DNA of 64,000 nt. Source: an uncultured Spirochaetota bacterium (lineage in GTDB: Bacteria > Spirochaetota > Spirochaetia > SZUA-6 > Fen-1364). Both the position numbers and the translations under genes were made by a program. Below the pieces are notes generated by a model. It was not told the origin of the DNA, searched no databases, and was given only the letters and a program-made list of their open reading frames with translations. Location of the stretch: assembly GCA_963745235.1 (NCBI GenBank), contig CAVUXE010000022.1, forward strand, positions 1-64,000, read 5' to 3'. Positions 32,335 through 43,186 of this stretch are shown in pieces (positions within the stretch are counted from its first letter, which is position 1; every line of letters begins with the position of its first letter).

Positions 32335-32683
32335 ATGAAGGAATATCTATTCTTTTTCCGCGGCGGGCTGGACTTCCGCACGGCGTCCCCCGAGCAGCTT
32401 CAGAAGGCCACGCAGAAATGGCAGGTCTGGCTGGACAAGCTCGCCAAGGAGGGGAGGCTCTCATCTTCGGGCAACCGGCTCTACGGGCACCGGCTCCGTG
32501 ATCAAGGGCGAAAAGAAGCAGGTCTTTGAGGGGCCCTACGTCGAGGGGAGGGAAATCGTGGGCGGGTATATCGGAGTGAAGGCGAAAGACCTGAGCGAGG
32601 CAGTCGAGATCGGCAAGGAATGCCCCATCTTCGACTTCGGCGGCTCCACCGAGGTCAGGGAAATTGCCGCCACGGGCCCTTGA
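32335..32683 (+). CDS. YciI/DGPF family protein, frameshift ~32482
   Basis: MKEYLFFFRGG... joined to ...EGPYVEGREIVGGY...AVEIGKECP...EVREI. Confidence 0.8.
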
Positions 32684-32696
32684 GAGGAGCCCGGGA

Positions 32697-33978
32697 GTGC
32701 TGCCGAACGGCGTCGAAGGAAACGTCGGCGGCCTGGTGGACCATCTTTTTCGCCGTGAGGCGGGAAAGATGGTCTCGGCCCTGACGAGGATTCTCGGAAC
32801 GGAAAATCTGGAAACCGCGGAAGACGTCGTTCAGGAGACTCTCTTGCGGGCCATGGAGGTCTGGCCCTATCAGGGCGTGCCTGACAAGCCGTCCGCCTGG
32901 CTCTTCAGCGTGGCGAGGAACAAGGCCATCGACGTTCTCCGCCGAACCCGTCGCGTGATCCATGTGGACTTTGACAATGAAAGTGTTCCCGACTCGCGTG
33001 GGAGCGGCGGCATGGACGCCGAGGGAGACATGCTGAGAATGATGTTCGCCTGCTGTTCCCCCGGGATCTCCGAAGCAAGCCAGATCGCCATCATCCTGAA
33101 GACTCTCTGCGGGTTCGGGACTGCCGAAATTGCCAGGGCGTTCGTCATACCCGAGGAGACGGTTTCCAAGAGACTGTTCCGCGCCAGGGAGTTCTTCCGG
33201 GAGGAGCCGGTGCGCCTGGAGATCCCGGTGGGAGAGGAGGCCAGGAGACGCATCGATGCGGTCTTGAATGCGATCTACCTCCTGTTCAACGAAGGCTGCA
33301 ATTCGACCAGCTCCGAGGAGCTGATCAGGGGCGACCTGATCGAGGAGGCCATGAGGCTCTGTGGTCTGCTTGCAGAAAATCCCAACACGCAAAGGCCAGA
33401 GGTGTTTGCCCTGATGGCGCTCATGTGCTTTCATTCCTCGCGGATGGAAAGCCGGCTCGACGACCGAGGGAGAGATCATCCTGCTCCCCGACCAGGACCG
33501 AAGCAGGTGGAGCAGGGGGCTCATCGCAGAAGGCAACGCGTACATGAACAGGGCGGCGTTCGGCGATTCGCTCACACGGTACCACCTCGAGGCTGCCATC
33601 GCTTACGAGCACTGCGCAGCGGGGAGTTTTTCGACGACCGACTGGGAGAGGATCCTCCAGTTGTACGGATTGCTGCGGGAGATTTCCCCGTCACCGTTCG
33701 TCGAATTGAACATGGCAGTGGCCATTCTCTGCGCCCGCGGGCCGGCTGCCGCGGCCGAAGCCCTGCAGGGCATCGAGGACAAGCGCAAGCTGGAGAGCTA
33801 CCATCTCTACCACAGTCTTCTCGGGGAGATCGATCTGAGAATGAACCGGGGCGCTCAGGCGGCGCACCATTTTGCCGCGGCCCGGGACATGACGAAATCC
33901 GAGCCGGAAAGGCGGCTCTTGACGATGAAAATTGCCGCGGCAGCTGCCCAGGCGCTCCCCGAAACGCGAAAAATGTGA
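32697..33978 (+). CDS. ECF sigma-70 factor with C-terminal TPR-like extension (ECF42-like), frameshift ~33468
   Basis: AEDVVQE, AWLFSVARNKAID, LRMMFACC, IYLLFNEG; second frame YHLEAAIA...PSPFVELN; adjacent YciI gene. Confidence 0.85.
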
Positions 33979-34006
33979 GATTGTCTTTCACGTAAAAGGA
34001 CGGGAC

Positions 34007-34645
34007 ATGGAACATTTATCTTTCGACATCCTCGTGAGGGCGCGGCGATCCTGCAGGAGCTTCCAGGATGGTCTCCTGGATGAAGCTGCCGTAGCGTCCA
34101 TCCTCGAGGCGGGCTGGCTGGCACCACACGCTGGTGCAACCGGCGTTGCGCTCGCCAACAAGCGGAGGTTTTTCGTCATCAGGCGCGCCAGCGCCGCCCA
34201 CGATCGCATCTACGCCCTCGCTCTTGCGAGAGTCAGGGCAAATCGACATCGTCTCATGATCGCGGGGCGTTTCGTGCCCGGCCTGGCAAAAAAGACCGCC
34301 AGCTTCATGAAAAGGCTGGACGCTTTCGACCGAGACGGCATCAGGACGCTCCAGGAAGCGCCGGTCTGGATCATTGTGGCGGAAAGAAAGGGCTTCCCGC
34401 CGGCGGAGGCCAAGTCGATCGCGCACGTGATGCAGAATATGTGGCTCAAAGCCACCGAGTTGGGAGTTGGCTTCATGCTGCTCAGCCTTACCGGGATGCT
34501 CTCCGGGGATGCAGCAATTGCGTCTGCGCTTGGACTCGCACGGGGGGAATGGGAGCTTGACGGCTGCCTCGTCGGGTTGCCTGCAAGACCGTCCGAGCCA
34601 AGCGCCGAACATCTTCCGAAGGATGCGGTGTCGTGGCTGGACTGA
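34007..34645 (+). CDS. Nitroreductase family protein
   Basis: RRSCRSF, LEAGWLAP, QNMWLKATELGVG. Confidence 0.85.
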   Translation: MEHLSFDILVRARRSCRSFQDGLLDEAAVASILEAGWLAPHAGATGVALANKRRFFVIRRASAAHDRIYALALARVRANRHRLMIAGRFVPGLAKKTASFMKRLDAFDRDGIRTLQEAPVWIIVAERKGFPPAEAKSIAHVMQNMWLKATELGVGFMLLSLTGMLSGDAAIASALGLARGEWELDGCLVGLPARPSEPSAEHLPKDAVSWLD

Positions 34646-34653
34646 ACAACCGA

Positions 34654-35754
34654 CTAGATCGCCGCGGCCTTCGACTTTGAGATGCTGATGATCTCATCCG
34701 CGCTGACCTCGCACCCGCGGCCGTCGGATATGTAGATTCCTTCCTGGATCATCATGGAGCGAAGCGCTATCTCCGCGGTGTTGATGAGCTTCACCTTCCC
34801 CTGGAGCGCGGCAATCCAGTGCTTCTGGGACGAGTCGTAGGCGGATTCCAGGGGGTTGACCCGGTGCCACCTCTCGTCCACCCCGTCCATATCGGGTCGA
34901 GACGTCATTTCGATGTCGTCCATGCTCGACATGTAGCTGAACGGATACAGCCGTATTCCCCCGAGGGTGCCCACCACTGAGCTTCCCTCGAACTGGTCCA
35001 GGTGGATGGCCCAGGCTTCGATCACCTCCAGAATAGCGGCGTTTGTGAACCTGACCAGGCCAAGACCCAGCTCCTCGACGTTGTAGCCGCTCGCGAGCTT
35101 TCGATCCTCGTACATCTCCATGGTCTGGAATGTCTTTCCGCTCACACGGGCCACTTCGGGAAGCCCCATCAGGAAGAGCACCTGGGTGAGCCGATAGACG
35201 CCCATGTCGAAGATGGCCCCCCCGCCGGTAAGCTCCTTCTTCACGAAGGAGGGTGAACCGTAACCGTCCACGAAAGGCCTGCCCCGCCGGCGGTAACCCG
35301 AGGCGCGGCCCAGGTAGATGTTCCCGAGCCTGCCACCGTCTATGAGGCGTTTTGCGAGCTTTGTCTCCCGATCGTAGAGCATGCTCAACTGGATGTGAAG
35401 CTTCTTGCCGGTTTCCCGAGCGGCATCCAGCATCATCTTCCCGTCCGCATATGTTCCGGCAATCGGCTTTTCGCAGTAGACGTTTTTCCCCGCTCGAAGG
35501 GCCGCGATGGTGGCAGGCGCATGAAAGTTGTTGTGCAGGCAGACGTCCACGGCGTCCAGGTCATCTCGCTCCAGCATTTTCCTGAAATCGCTGTACCGAT
35601 GGGGTATTCCGTACTTCTCGGATACCGCGTTCAGCTCGCCCTCGTCGATGTCCGCGGCCGCGACGACCTCGGCCTCGGGGATGTCCCTGTAGAAATCGAG
35701 GTGCATCTTCGCGATCTGCCCCACACCGATCATGCCGACCCTGATCTTTTCCAT
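34654..35754 (-). CDS. Gfo/Idh/MocA family oxidoreductase
   Basis: IGVGQI, NVYCEKP, GGGAIFDMGVY. Confidence 0.93.
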   Translation of the reverse strand: MEKIRVGMIGVGQIAKMHLDFYRDIPEAEVVAAADIDEGELNAVSEKYGIPHRYSDFRKMLERDDLDAVDVCLHNNFHAPATIAALRAGKNVYCEKPIAGTYADGKMMLDAARETGKKLHIQLSMLYDRETKLAKRLIDGGRLGNIYLGRASGYRRRGRPFVDGYGSPSFVKKELTGGGAIFDMGVYRLTQVLFLMGLPEVARVSGKTFQTMEMYEDRKLASGYNVEELGLGLVRFTNAAILEVIEAWAIHLDQFEGSSVVGTLGGIRLYPFSYMSSMDDIEMTSRPDMDGVDERWHRVNPLESAYDSSQKHWIAALQGKVKLINTAEIALRSMMIQEGIYISDGRGCEVSADEIISISKSKAAAI

Positions 35755-35767
35755 CCCTTCTCCTGTT

Positions 35768-38394
35768 CTATGGTCGCTGCCTGCTGAGGAGGCAAGCAAG
35801 AGTCCGCAGATAGACTGAGCGGTTGTCTCCCAGGAGGCTGACGATCAGCGCGCCTTTTCCCACCGCCGTCTCGAAGAACATGCCCGGGTACGTCAGCGCG
35901 GACCAGGCGTTGTTGCAGACGCCGTACCATCGCAGGGGGGGACCTCCGCCAGGGCCGCCCTCCATGTAGGCAGAGGTGGAGCCGAAGTAGGAGATCGGTG
36001 AGCGACCGACATCCCGGTAGCCTCTCATGATGGGATGGCCTCGATCCACTACCTTCGCGCTCGCGTGCTGGCAGACATTGAAGGAAATCTGCCCGGGCAG
36101 CCGGGATGCGTCGAGCAAAGCGCAGTCAGGATCGTTCAGAAGGACTGCCCCCCGGCTTCCACGAAGCTCATGAGCCTCGCGGAGTTTGCATTGAAAAAGG
36201 CGGTTGCGTAGCGATCTATTACGACCGCCCTGCTTTTGTTGAGGGCCTGGTCCGCTTCTGCTTCAGCGGGGACGTCATGGCGGAGAAAGAGCTGACGCAG
36301 GTACTCGGAGGAAGCACCCGCTCCGAGAACCGCCAGGTCGGTCTCCGATTCACACCAACGGCAGATGCCGTATGCTGCTTCAATGTCGTCGATCAGCGCC
36401 CCGAGATCGGGCGAGCTCCACGGGAAGCCTTGATCGTAGTACACGTGCCTGCTGTCCCCTGACGACGCGGGCAGGCGCGCGTTGGCATCCCTCATCTCTT
36501 CCCCGCCGGTCCGCAGGGAGTCCAGCATCCGCTCTCTCTGGGCGCTGTCTGGCTGCAAAGCGGAGAGAGCCTTCAAGGCGAAGAAGGCTTTTGTGAATCC
36601 TCGCCAGAGCCGGCCGTAGTGGAGGTTGCGCTCCAAATGCCCCGTGATCAGATCCCTGTCAGGCTTCGAGAACCTGTCCTCGATGGCCCTGAAATCCAGG
36701 AGCATCTCTTCCGCCGTGGAGACCCCGCGATCCTTTTCCGCGACGATGCCCTGGATCGACTGGAGGTCCACCCGCTGCTCGAGGTCGGGGAAGAAGGCTC
36801 CGCTGTCATAGCGCACGTAGACCGACTCCCATGTGCGCAGGTCGTACTCGAGATGGCTATGCCCGTTGAACTTCACGTCACGAACGTACAGGTAGTCCTT
36901 CTTGCAGTCCCAGGACCGTGCCAGGATGGGCGCGAGGGCAGCGCCGCCTCTTCCGAACTCCCGTTCGCAGAAGGTCTTCTCGATCACCACCGGATCAGCG
37001 TCCGGGTTCCAGCACAGCTCACCGTAGGCGCGGAAGTTGACAGCGTTGATGCGGTCTTCAAGATTTCCTTCCACGGCAAAAAAGCCCTTCAGCTTCTTCT
37101 GCTGGAACAGGCGGACCCTGTCTGACATGTGGCGCACGATCCAGTCCGGCACCTTGCCCCAGCCCCGATATTCGGGCCAGAGCTGGAACCCCGCGATCTG
37201 GTTCCGATAGCGCCCGATCTGGGGGTGCGGTGGATGTCCCATGCAGAAGTCACCCGCGGTTTCCCAGGTCGCCATGATGATGTTCTCATGCGCGTCGATA
37301 TACTCGAACGAGTCGTCCCAGAACGAATTGTAGCCCGGCCGCGCGGACAACCCCCCGGGCAACCAGTCGAAAATGACAAGGCGTTTCCCGAGCGCCTGGA
37401 CCGTTTCGTTGGTCCGAATGATCGCATCCCGATACCGCTGGCCGTAGGAATAGCTCGCGCACCGTGCGCAGCCGCAGCCCAGCGGGTTGCCGTCATAGAA
37501 AGACAACGCGAGCCCGCTCAGCTCAGGATGCACGGAAAAGAACTCCTCCAGGGCGCTTTGCCAGATCTTCCAGAGTCCCGGCTGCGAAGGACAATATTTC
37601 GGCCTTTCCTGCCACTCGTAGGGAGGCCAGTCAGAAGAGCCCTTGAAACCACGCGCCAGAAGCTCGGAGTGATGCTCCACGATGTGCTCGAAGACGTACT
37701 CCGGAAAGTCCATCAGGTCCCAGCCCGCGTACACGGCCAGGCCCTGCGCGCGGGAGGCGGTGATGAAGCGATGCAGGTCCTCCCTCTCCGCCAGAATCTT
37801 CGCGGCGTGCTCCCGAAACGGGCGCGCGCGGCCGGGGAACGCGTCATCCAGAAACACCTGCGGCCCCACGGTGCCCTTTGCGAAAGTGCCGTACATGACC
37901 GTGTTGAGCCTGAAATCCTGGGCGAGACTCGGCAGGACGTCGCGGCACACGGTGTCAACCGAGCTCGCTACGCCGTAATACAGCCATGACCGAATCTCGT
38001 AAGCTGGAGACTCGCGCACCTCCTCGTCCCACTCCAGTCCATCGGAGGTCTCCCGTACCGTGGTCGTGAACCTTCTGGCTGCATACAGCAGTCCTCTCCC
38101 ATTCTCCGCGGTCAGCGCGAATGACTTGTCCTTCGGCAGCGCACGGATGCAAAAACCGTCCGGCAGTGTCCGTGGCCGTTCCCTGAGCATCCGCGCCGCA
38201 TCCGGACTGTCCGCGCCGCAAAGGATCATGGCAGAGTCTTCCGCCAGGTCGCGGCGGATGCGCGGAGTCCCCGGCACAGCGGGGGCCGCGCTGAGCGCGC
38301 TCAGCCGGTGCACTACCAGCCGGAGCGCTTGCTCCCGCGGGCCGTCGTCCCCGGTGCCGACGTGAATCGAGATTCCTTCATAGGCAAGCTTCAT
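35768..38394 (-). CDS. Uncharacterised putative glycoside hydrolase (GH67/GH20-like N-domain plus barrel), probable frameshift ~36145
   Basis: DGFCIR...GRGLLYAA...ESPAYEIR N-domain pattern, EYRGWGKVP; the G-run near 36150 could join ORF 35768-36118. Confidence 0.55.
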
Positions 38395-38417
38395 GGCACG
38401 GTCCCTTCCCTTCCGGA

Positions 38418-39251
38418 TCAACCCTTGAGCGCACCCGTCTCGATCCCCCTCAGGTATTGCTTTGAAATCAGCAGGTACACGATGATCATGGGCAGCGAAG
38501 CCAGGGAAAGCGCGGCGAATACGAGCCCGAAGTCCGTCTGGTACTGGCCGAAGAGGTTGGCCGTTGCCAGCGGGAATGTCTTCTTCGTGTCTGAGCTGAT
38601 CAGGATCAGGGGAAACCAGAAGTCATTCCAGATCGGGAGCGCGTTGATGATTGCCGCGGCGGCGATTGCGGGTCTCAGATTGGGCACGATGATGCGTCCG
38701 AAGATGCTGTATTCGCTGGCCCCATCCATTCTTGCCGCGTTGCTCAGCTCTTCGGGGATCTCCCTGATGAAGCCGGTGAAAATCAGAACGCCGTACGGAA
38801 TGCCGATGGCCGCATAGACAACGATCAGGGCGAGCAGCGAGTCCGTAAGAGACAACCAGTTCATGGTCCGCACAATGTTCAGGGTCCCCAGCCTCAGGGG
38901 AATCATCATGCCTGCCAGAAGGTACAGGTAGACGAGACTGCTTCCTCGGAACTTCAGCTTGGCGATGACGTACGAGGGCAGCAGGGACAAGCCCAGGATG
39001 ACCGTGATGGACGCCGCGGTAACGATCAAGCTGTTGGCGTAGTAGCGCAGATAGCTGCTTTGCGTGATGATGGCGGTATAGTTTCCCGTTACCCAGGTTT
39101 TCGGAAGGCTGTACGGGTGGGTGAAGATCTCGTTGTTGGTCTTCACGGACGTCAGGACCATGAGAACTATGGGATACAGCGCGATAAAGGCCTGGACCGC
39201 GAGAACCGTGTAGAGAGCTATTCTCAGCGGGATGCGCCCGGAGCCGCGCAC
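38418..39251 (-). CDS. Carbohydrate ABC permease (MalG-type)
   Basis: IPEELSNAARMDGA, WNDFWFPL. Confidence 0.93.
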   Translation of the reverse strand: MRGSGRIPLRIALYTVLAVQAFIALYPIVLMVLTSVKTNNEIFTHPYSLPKTWVTGNYTAIITQSSYLRYYANSLIVTAASITVILGLSLLPSYVIAKLKFRGSSLVYLYLLAGMMIPLRLGTLNIVRTMNWLSLTDSLLALIVVYAAIGIPYGVLIFTGFIREIPEELSNAARMDGASEYSIFGRIIVPNLRPAIAAAAIINALPIWNDFWFPLILISSDTKKTFPLATANLFGQYQTDFGLVFAALSLASLPMIIVYLLISKQYLRGIETGALKG

Positions 39252-40174
39252 TACGCGGCTCCTCTTCGCCGCGTGAATCTGAGCACGAGGATCTCACCGA
39301 CAAGCACAATGACGAACATCACGCTGGCAAGCGCCGCGGCCAGACCAAGGTCGGACGTGATACCGGTGTTGTTTGCCCCGAACAACGAGCGATAAAACAG
39401 GGTCCCGAACACGTCCGTGTGATACGCCGGGTCCCCCCAGGCATTTGCCGCGGAATAGATCAGGTCGAACTGGGTGATGTTCCCGATCAGGGCGAGTGTC
39501 GTGACAATTCCGAAGACCGGCAGGAGAAGCGGAATGATGATCCGCCGGGTGACGGCAATCTCTCCGGCTCCGTCAATCCGCGCCGCTTCGATCATTTCGT
39601 GGTCGACGCTGTTGATTCCCGCGAGGAACAGGACAAACGGCAGGCCGAAGTAGACCCAACCCCCAATCAGCGCAATGACCGGGATGGCAAGGTGGGCATC
39701 TCCGAGCCAGGGCCGGACCAGGAGCCCGAGATGGATGAACCGAAGGGCCTTGTCCAGGACTCCCCACACCGGGTTGAGAATCATCTTGAAAAGGAAGCCC
39801 ACCACGATCAGGGGCACCAGGGAAGGAATGAAGAACACGACGCGGAAGAAGGAAGCAAAGCGGACCCGGGAAATAATGACGGCGAAAACGAGCGGGATCG
39901 TGTTCTGGATGGCCGCAAGGATCACGAAAAGCTCTATGGTGTTCCTGAAAGCATTGAAAAACGCCGTATTGAAGGGTGGTACGAAGAACAACCTGTGGAA
40001 GTTTGCGAGGCCGACGAAACGATCGATCCGCAGGAGCTTCCCCGAGTACAGGCTCAACCGAAGGGAGTCGAACACAGGGAGGATGAGGAAGGCCGTATAG
40101 AAAAGAAGGGTCGGCGCAAGGAAAAGGAGAATGACGTGAAGGTTTCCTCTCAGCGCACGCTGTCCTCTCCGCAA
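39251..40174 (-). CDS. Carbohydrate ABC permease (MalF-type)
   Basis: EMIEAARIDGA, PWLGD. Confidence 0.93.
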   Translation of the reverse strand: MRRGQRALRGNLHVILLFLAPTLLFYTAFLILPVFDSLRLSLYSGKLLRIDRFVGLANFHRLFFVPPFNTAFFNAFRNTIELFVILAAIQNTIPLVFAVIISRVRFASFFRVVFFIPSLVPLIVVGFLFKMILNPVWGVLDKALRFIHLGLLVRPWLGDAHLAIPVIALIGGWVYFGLPFVLFLAGINSVDHEMIEAARIDGAGEIAVTRRIIIPLLLPVFGIVTTLALIGNITQFDLIYSAANAWGDPAYHTDVFGTLFYRSLFGANNTGITSDLGLAAALASVMFVIVLVGEILVLRFTRRRGAA

Positions 40175-40224
40175 CTTTCACCCTCCTTCACGACGCCCTT
40201 GGAAATCGGTGGGTCACAAGAATC

Positions 40225-40261
40225 GACCTGGCCGGGCCGTCGAAACCGCCCCGGCCAGGTC
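40225..40261 (-). terminator. Hairpin after the binding-protein gene
   Basis: GACCTGGCCGGG...CCGGCCAGGTC inverted repeat. Confidence 0.55.
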
Positions 40262-40273
40262 ATCTGTCACAGT

Positions 40274-41560
40274 CTACTTGAACGGAAACCAGGTCGCGAG
40301 CCCTTTCTGGACATAATCCGCGGCCTGCTCAGGGGTGAACTCCCCGAGAACCACTTTCACGGAGGCGTCATCCAGCAGGTCAGTTCCCGTGGGGGCCTTG
40401 TCGGAGAGCTTCTGCGCCATCAATCGCTCCGTCAGCACCGAGCCCTGAACGGCCTTGAGGATGGAGGTGGCCGCAGGGTCGAGCGTGTAGTTGCCGGGCA
40501 TGTAGCTGAAGAAGCCCGGGATGTTCGTCATGAAAAGCTGGGCGAACTCCGGCGTGGAAACCCAGTTGAGATACGTCGCGGCCGCCTCGGTGTTCTTCGA
40601 GTACCTGGAAAGGCTGTACCCCAGGTCGCTCAGGAAGCACAGCTGCTCCTTGTCCCCCGCATTCTGGACGGGCGGCGGGAACCAGCCGAAGTTCACCCCC
40701 GCGGCCTTGAACCCGGCGAGCTCCCAGGAGCCGCCGCAGATCATCATGGCCGCCTGGCCTGTCTTGAACAGCTGCTGCATTGCCACGTAGTCGATGGACT
40801 GGTAGCCGGGAACGAAGTACTGCACAAGGGATTTCATGACCTCGAACGTCTTCACGAACCGAGGGTCCGTGAACTTGATGTCACCGGCCATCAGGGCCTG
40901 CCGGGTCGCCTCCCCTCCGTAAAAGTTGGCGCCCCAGTTCGGGAATCCGCCCTCTCCCAGGGTCCACTTGTCCACCGCGCCCTGTGCGATCACGTTCACG
41001 CCGGCCTGCTTGAGGGTGTCGCAGATCGAGATGAGCTCCACCCAGGTCTGGGGCACCTTCAGGTTGTACTTCGCGAAGATGTCCTTGTTGTAGTAGATGC
41101 CGTGCGCCACGGCTGCCACGGGGACCGCCACCACCGAGCCTCCCGCGGAGTACTTGTCCAGGACGGCCTGAGGAAGGTTGGAGAGATTCTTTACCAGGCC
41201 GTTCAGAGGCTGAATGTAGCCGTTCTTGTTGTAGTTCTCCACCCAGCCGAAGGGGAACACGCCGATCACGTCGTAGCGGTCGGACTTCGTCTCCAGCGCC
41301 GTCTGAAGCTGGGCGGAATACTCGGTGTTCTTGATCGGGTCAAACTTCACGGTGATATTCGGATACTTCTTCATGAAAACCGCGTTGATCGCGTTCACGG
41401 CAGCGATGTCTTCGGTACGCCAGCTGGTCACGACGATGGTTGTCTGCGTCTGCGCCGGCGCTGCCTCTTTGCTCCCCCCTGCGAATGCGCAGGCCAGGGA
41501 AATTGTCAGAAACACCAGGAGAAAGACTCCTGTCTTCCTGAAACTCAGGATACCCCTCAT
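40274..41560 (-). CDS. Sugar ABC substrate-binding protein
   Basis: Signal peptide ending FAGG, IYYNKDIF, FKTGQAAM. Confidence 0.93.
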   Translation of the reverse strand: MRGILSFRKTGVFLLVFLTISLACAFAGGSKEAAPAQTQTTIVVTSWRTEDIAAVNAINAVFMKKYPNITVKFDPIKNTEYSAQLQTALETKSDRYDVIGVFPFGWVENYNKNGYIQPLNGLVKNLSNLPQAVLDKYSAGGSVVAVPVAAVAHGIYYNKDIFAKYNLKVPQTWVELISICDTLKQAGVNVIAQGAVDKWTLGEGGFPNWGANFYGGEATRQALMAGDIKFTDPRFVKTFEVMKSLVQYFVPGYQSIDYVAMQQLFKTGQAAMMICGGSWELAGFKAAGVNFGWFPPPVQNAGDKEQLCFLSDLGYSLSRYSKNTEAAATYLNWVSTPEFAQLFMTNIPGFFSYMPGNYTLDPAATSILKAVQGSVLTERLMAQKLSDKAPTGTDLLDDASVKVVLGEFTPEQAADYVQKGLATWFPFK

Positions 41561-41712
41561 GGCGACCTCCATTGTGTCAAAGCGTGTTCCCCCGAGATCT
41601 GCTGGACCGCTCGTGCGGGCAACGACCCGCTGGTGCGCAGATCTCCCCCCTTCATTCCCATGCTCACTTCCCGTGGAGCACGTCGTCAGCCTTCCTTTCC
41701 TTCATCCTCCTT

Positions 41713-41739
41713 TCAGCCGAATCAGCCGAATCAGCCGAA
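41713..41739. repeat. 9-bp tandem repeat x3 (TCAGCCGAA) triplicating a stop codon
   Basis: Minus strand reads TTCGGCTGA three times at the end of 41731-42870. Confidence 0.85.
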
Positions 41740-42870
41740 CCTCGTGACCGCGGTCTGTTTTCCGTCGGCCATGGCAGATTCATGGGCGTGGATTCCCGGC
41801 GCGGTCCATCGCGCGGCGGTGACGGCATCCACGGCCGGCTTTCGTCCTTCGACGATGCTGGAGACGAACTCGTGCGCCAGGTAGGGATGGGAACCGCTGT
41901 GCCAGGCCTTCACGAGGACAGGCTCCGAGCCGGGTCGCAGTCGGAGCTCGCTGTCCCTGGCGAAAGCCGACACCTCGGGAGGCAGGAGCTCCGTCCAGTC
42001 AGGAGGCTCGAAGGTCCGTTCCCGGCATTTGCGTCCCCGTGAGCCCTCTTCGAGGGGAAGGAGCTCGAAGGTGGAAAGCGGACCTCCCTCGTGCTCAGGC
42101 CACTCCACCCCCATTGCATCGCCGTAGACGGAGAACCCTTCCAGGAAGCTCCGGGCGGTCTGGAAGAACGACATTGTCACGTCCGCAATCACCTCCGAGC
42201 CCTGGAGCCGGAAAAGCCCGACTTCCAGGGGAAAGAGGTTGTCGTAATCACCCACCCTGTCCGGGGTCAGGCGCCCGGAGCCTGTGCACGTCACGCTCTC
42301 CACCCCGGTGTCCAGCAGCGCCAGAAGGGGGGAAAGTGCATGCGTGACATAGGCCATTGGCGGATAGCCGAGCCAGTAGCGTGGGAAGCCGTCGAGGTTC
42401 TGGATGTGGAATCCCCGGTAGAACGTGATCCGACCCAGAGAGCCTTTTCTGTACAGGTCCCGCACAGCAAGGAACTCCCTCCCGTAGACCGACGTCTCCA
42501 TCATCATGTAATTCTTTGCGGAGGACCGCTCTGCCGCGATGACTGCCTGCAGATCGGGAATCCCCGTTGCCATGGGGACGGCGCATGCGCAGTGCCTGCC
42601 CGAGCTGAGGACCGCGATGGACTGCCGGGCATGGTTGGCCACGGGACTGAGGATGTGCACCGCATCGATCCGTTTGTCATTCAGCGCCTGCTCGAGGCTC
42701 TCGAAGCGATCCTCGATGCCGTACCTGTCCCCGACTGACCTGCGGCGCTCCTCGTCAGGCTCGACAATTGCAACATGCGCCACGCGCGGGTGGCGGAGGT
42801 AGATGGGAAGGAACTGCTCCCCGAAGTTCAACCCGACAACCGCCATTCCGATCCCGTCTGTGCCGCTCAC
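41731..42870 (-). CDS. Gfo/Idh/MocA family oxidoreductase
   Basis: VVGLNFG, HCACAVPMA, YMMMET, HSGSHPYLAHEF. Confidence 0.88.
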   Translation of the reverse strand: MSGTDGIGMAVVGLNFGEQFLPIYLRHPRVAHVAIVEPDEERRRSVGDRYGIEDRFESLEQALNDKRIDAVHILSPVANHARQSIAVLSSGRHCACAVPMATGIPDLQAVIAAERSSAKNYMMMETSVYGREFLAVRDLYRKGSLGRITFYRGFHIQNLDGFPRYWLGYPPMAYVTHALSPLLALLDTGVESVTCTGSGRLTPDRVGDYDNLFPLEVGLFRLQGSEVIADVTMSFFQTARSFLEGFSVYGDAMGVEWPEHEGGPLSTFELLPLEEGSRGRKCRERTFEPPDWTELLPPEVSAFARDSELRLRPGSEPVLVKAWHSGSHPYLAHEFVSSIVEGRKPAVDAVTAARWTAPGIHAHESAMADGKQTAVTRFG

Positions 42871-43181
42871 AGCTGGATTTCTTCCTCGAAGCCTGAGACG
42901 AACGTGACATCCCGCGGGGCGAAGTTGGCGAGGTCATCCCGCGCCGCGCGGCCTTCGGGAGAATCAAGGATGCGCTGCATGGCCTCCTTGCTCGTCGCGT
43001 AAAGGTCCGCGATCATGTGATACGGGCGGACCGAGCCGTCATCCGGATTTATGATCGGGGTGATGGTCCACCGGGTGAGGCCCGGCATCCTTCTGGCAAG
43101 CGGGATGTGAAAGCGTCGGTAGTACGCATCGAAGGCAGCAGGGTCCTGCGGGACCCCGTAAAGAACGCTGAGGCGATACAT
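42867..43181 (-). CDS. EthD family protein
   Basis: LYGVPQDPAAFDAYY...HIPLA...SPEGRA..DDLANF. Confidence 0.85.
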   Translation of the reverse strand: MYRLSVLYGVPQDPAAFDAYYRRFHIPLARRMPGLTRWTITPIINPDDGSVRPYHMIADLYATSKEAMQRILDSPEGRAARDDLANFAPRDVTFVSGFEEEIQL

Positions 43182-43186
43182 GCCCC

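Noticed and set aside
39419-41884. 821-aa plus-strand ORF (also 58747-60417, 56873-58351, 51029-52483, 17264-18580, 6248-7597)
   Set aside because: Antisense shadows of well-supported genes, common in high-GC DNA; no recognisable motifs
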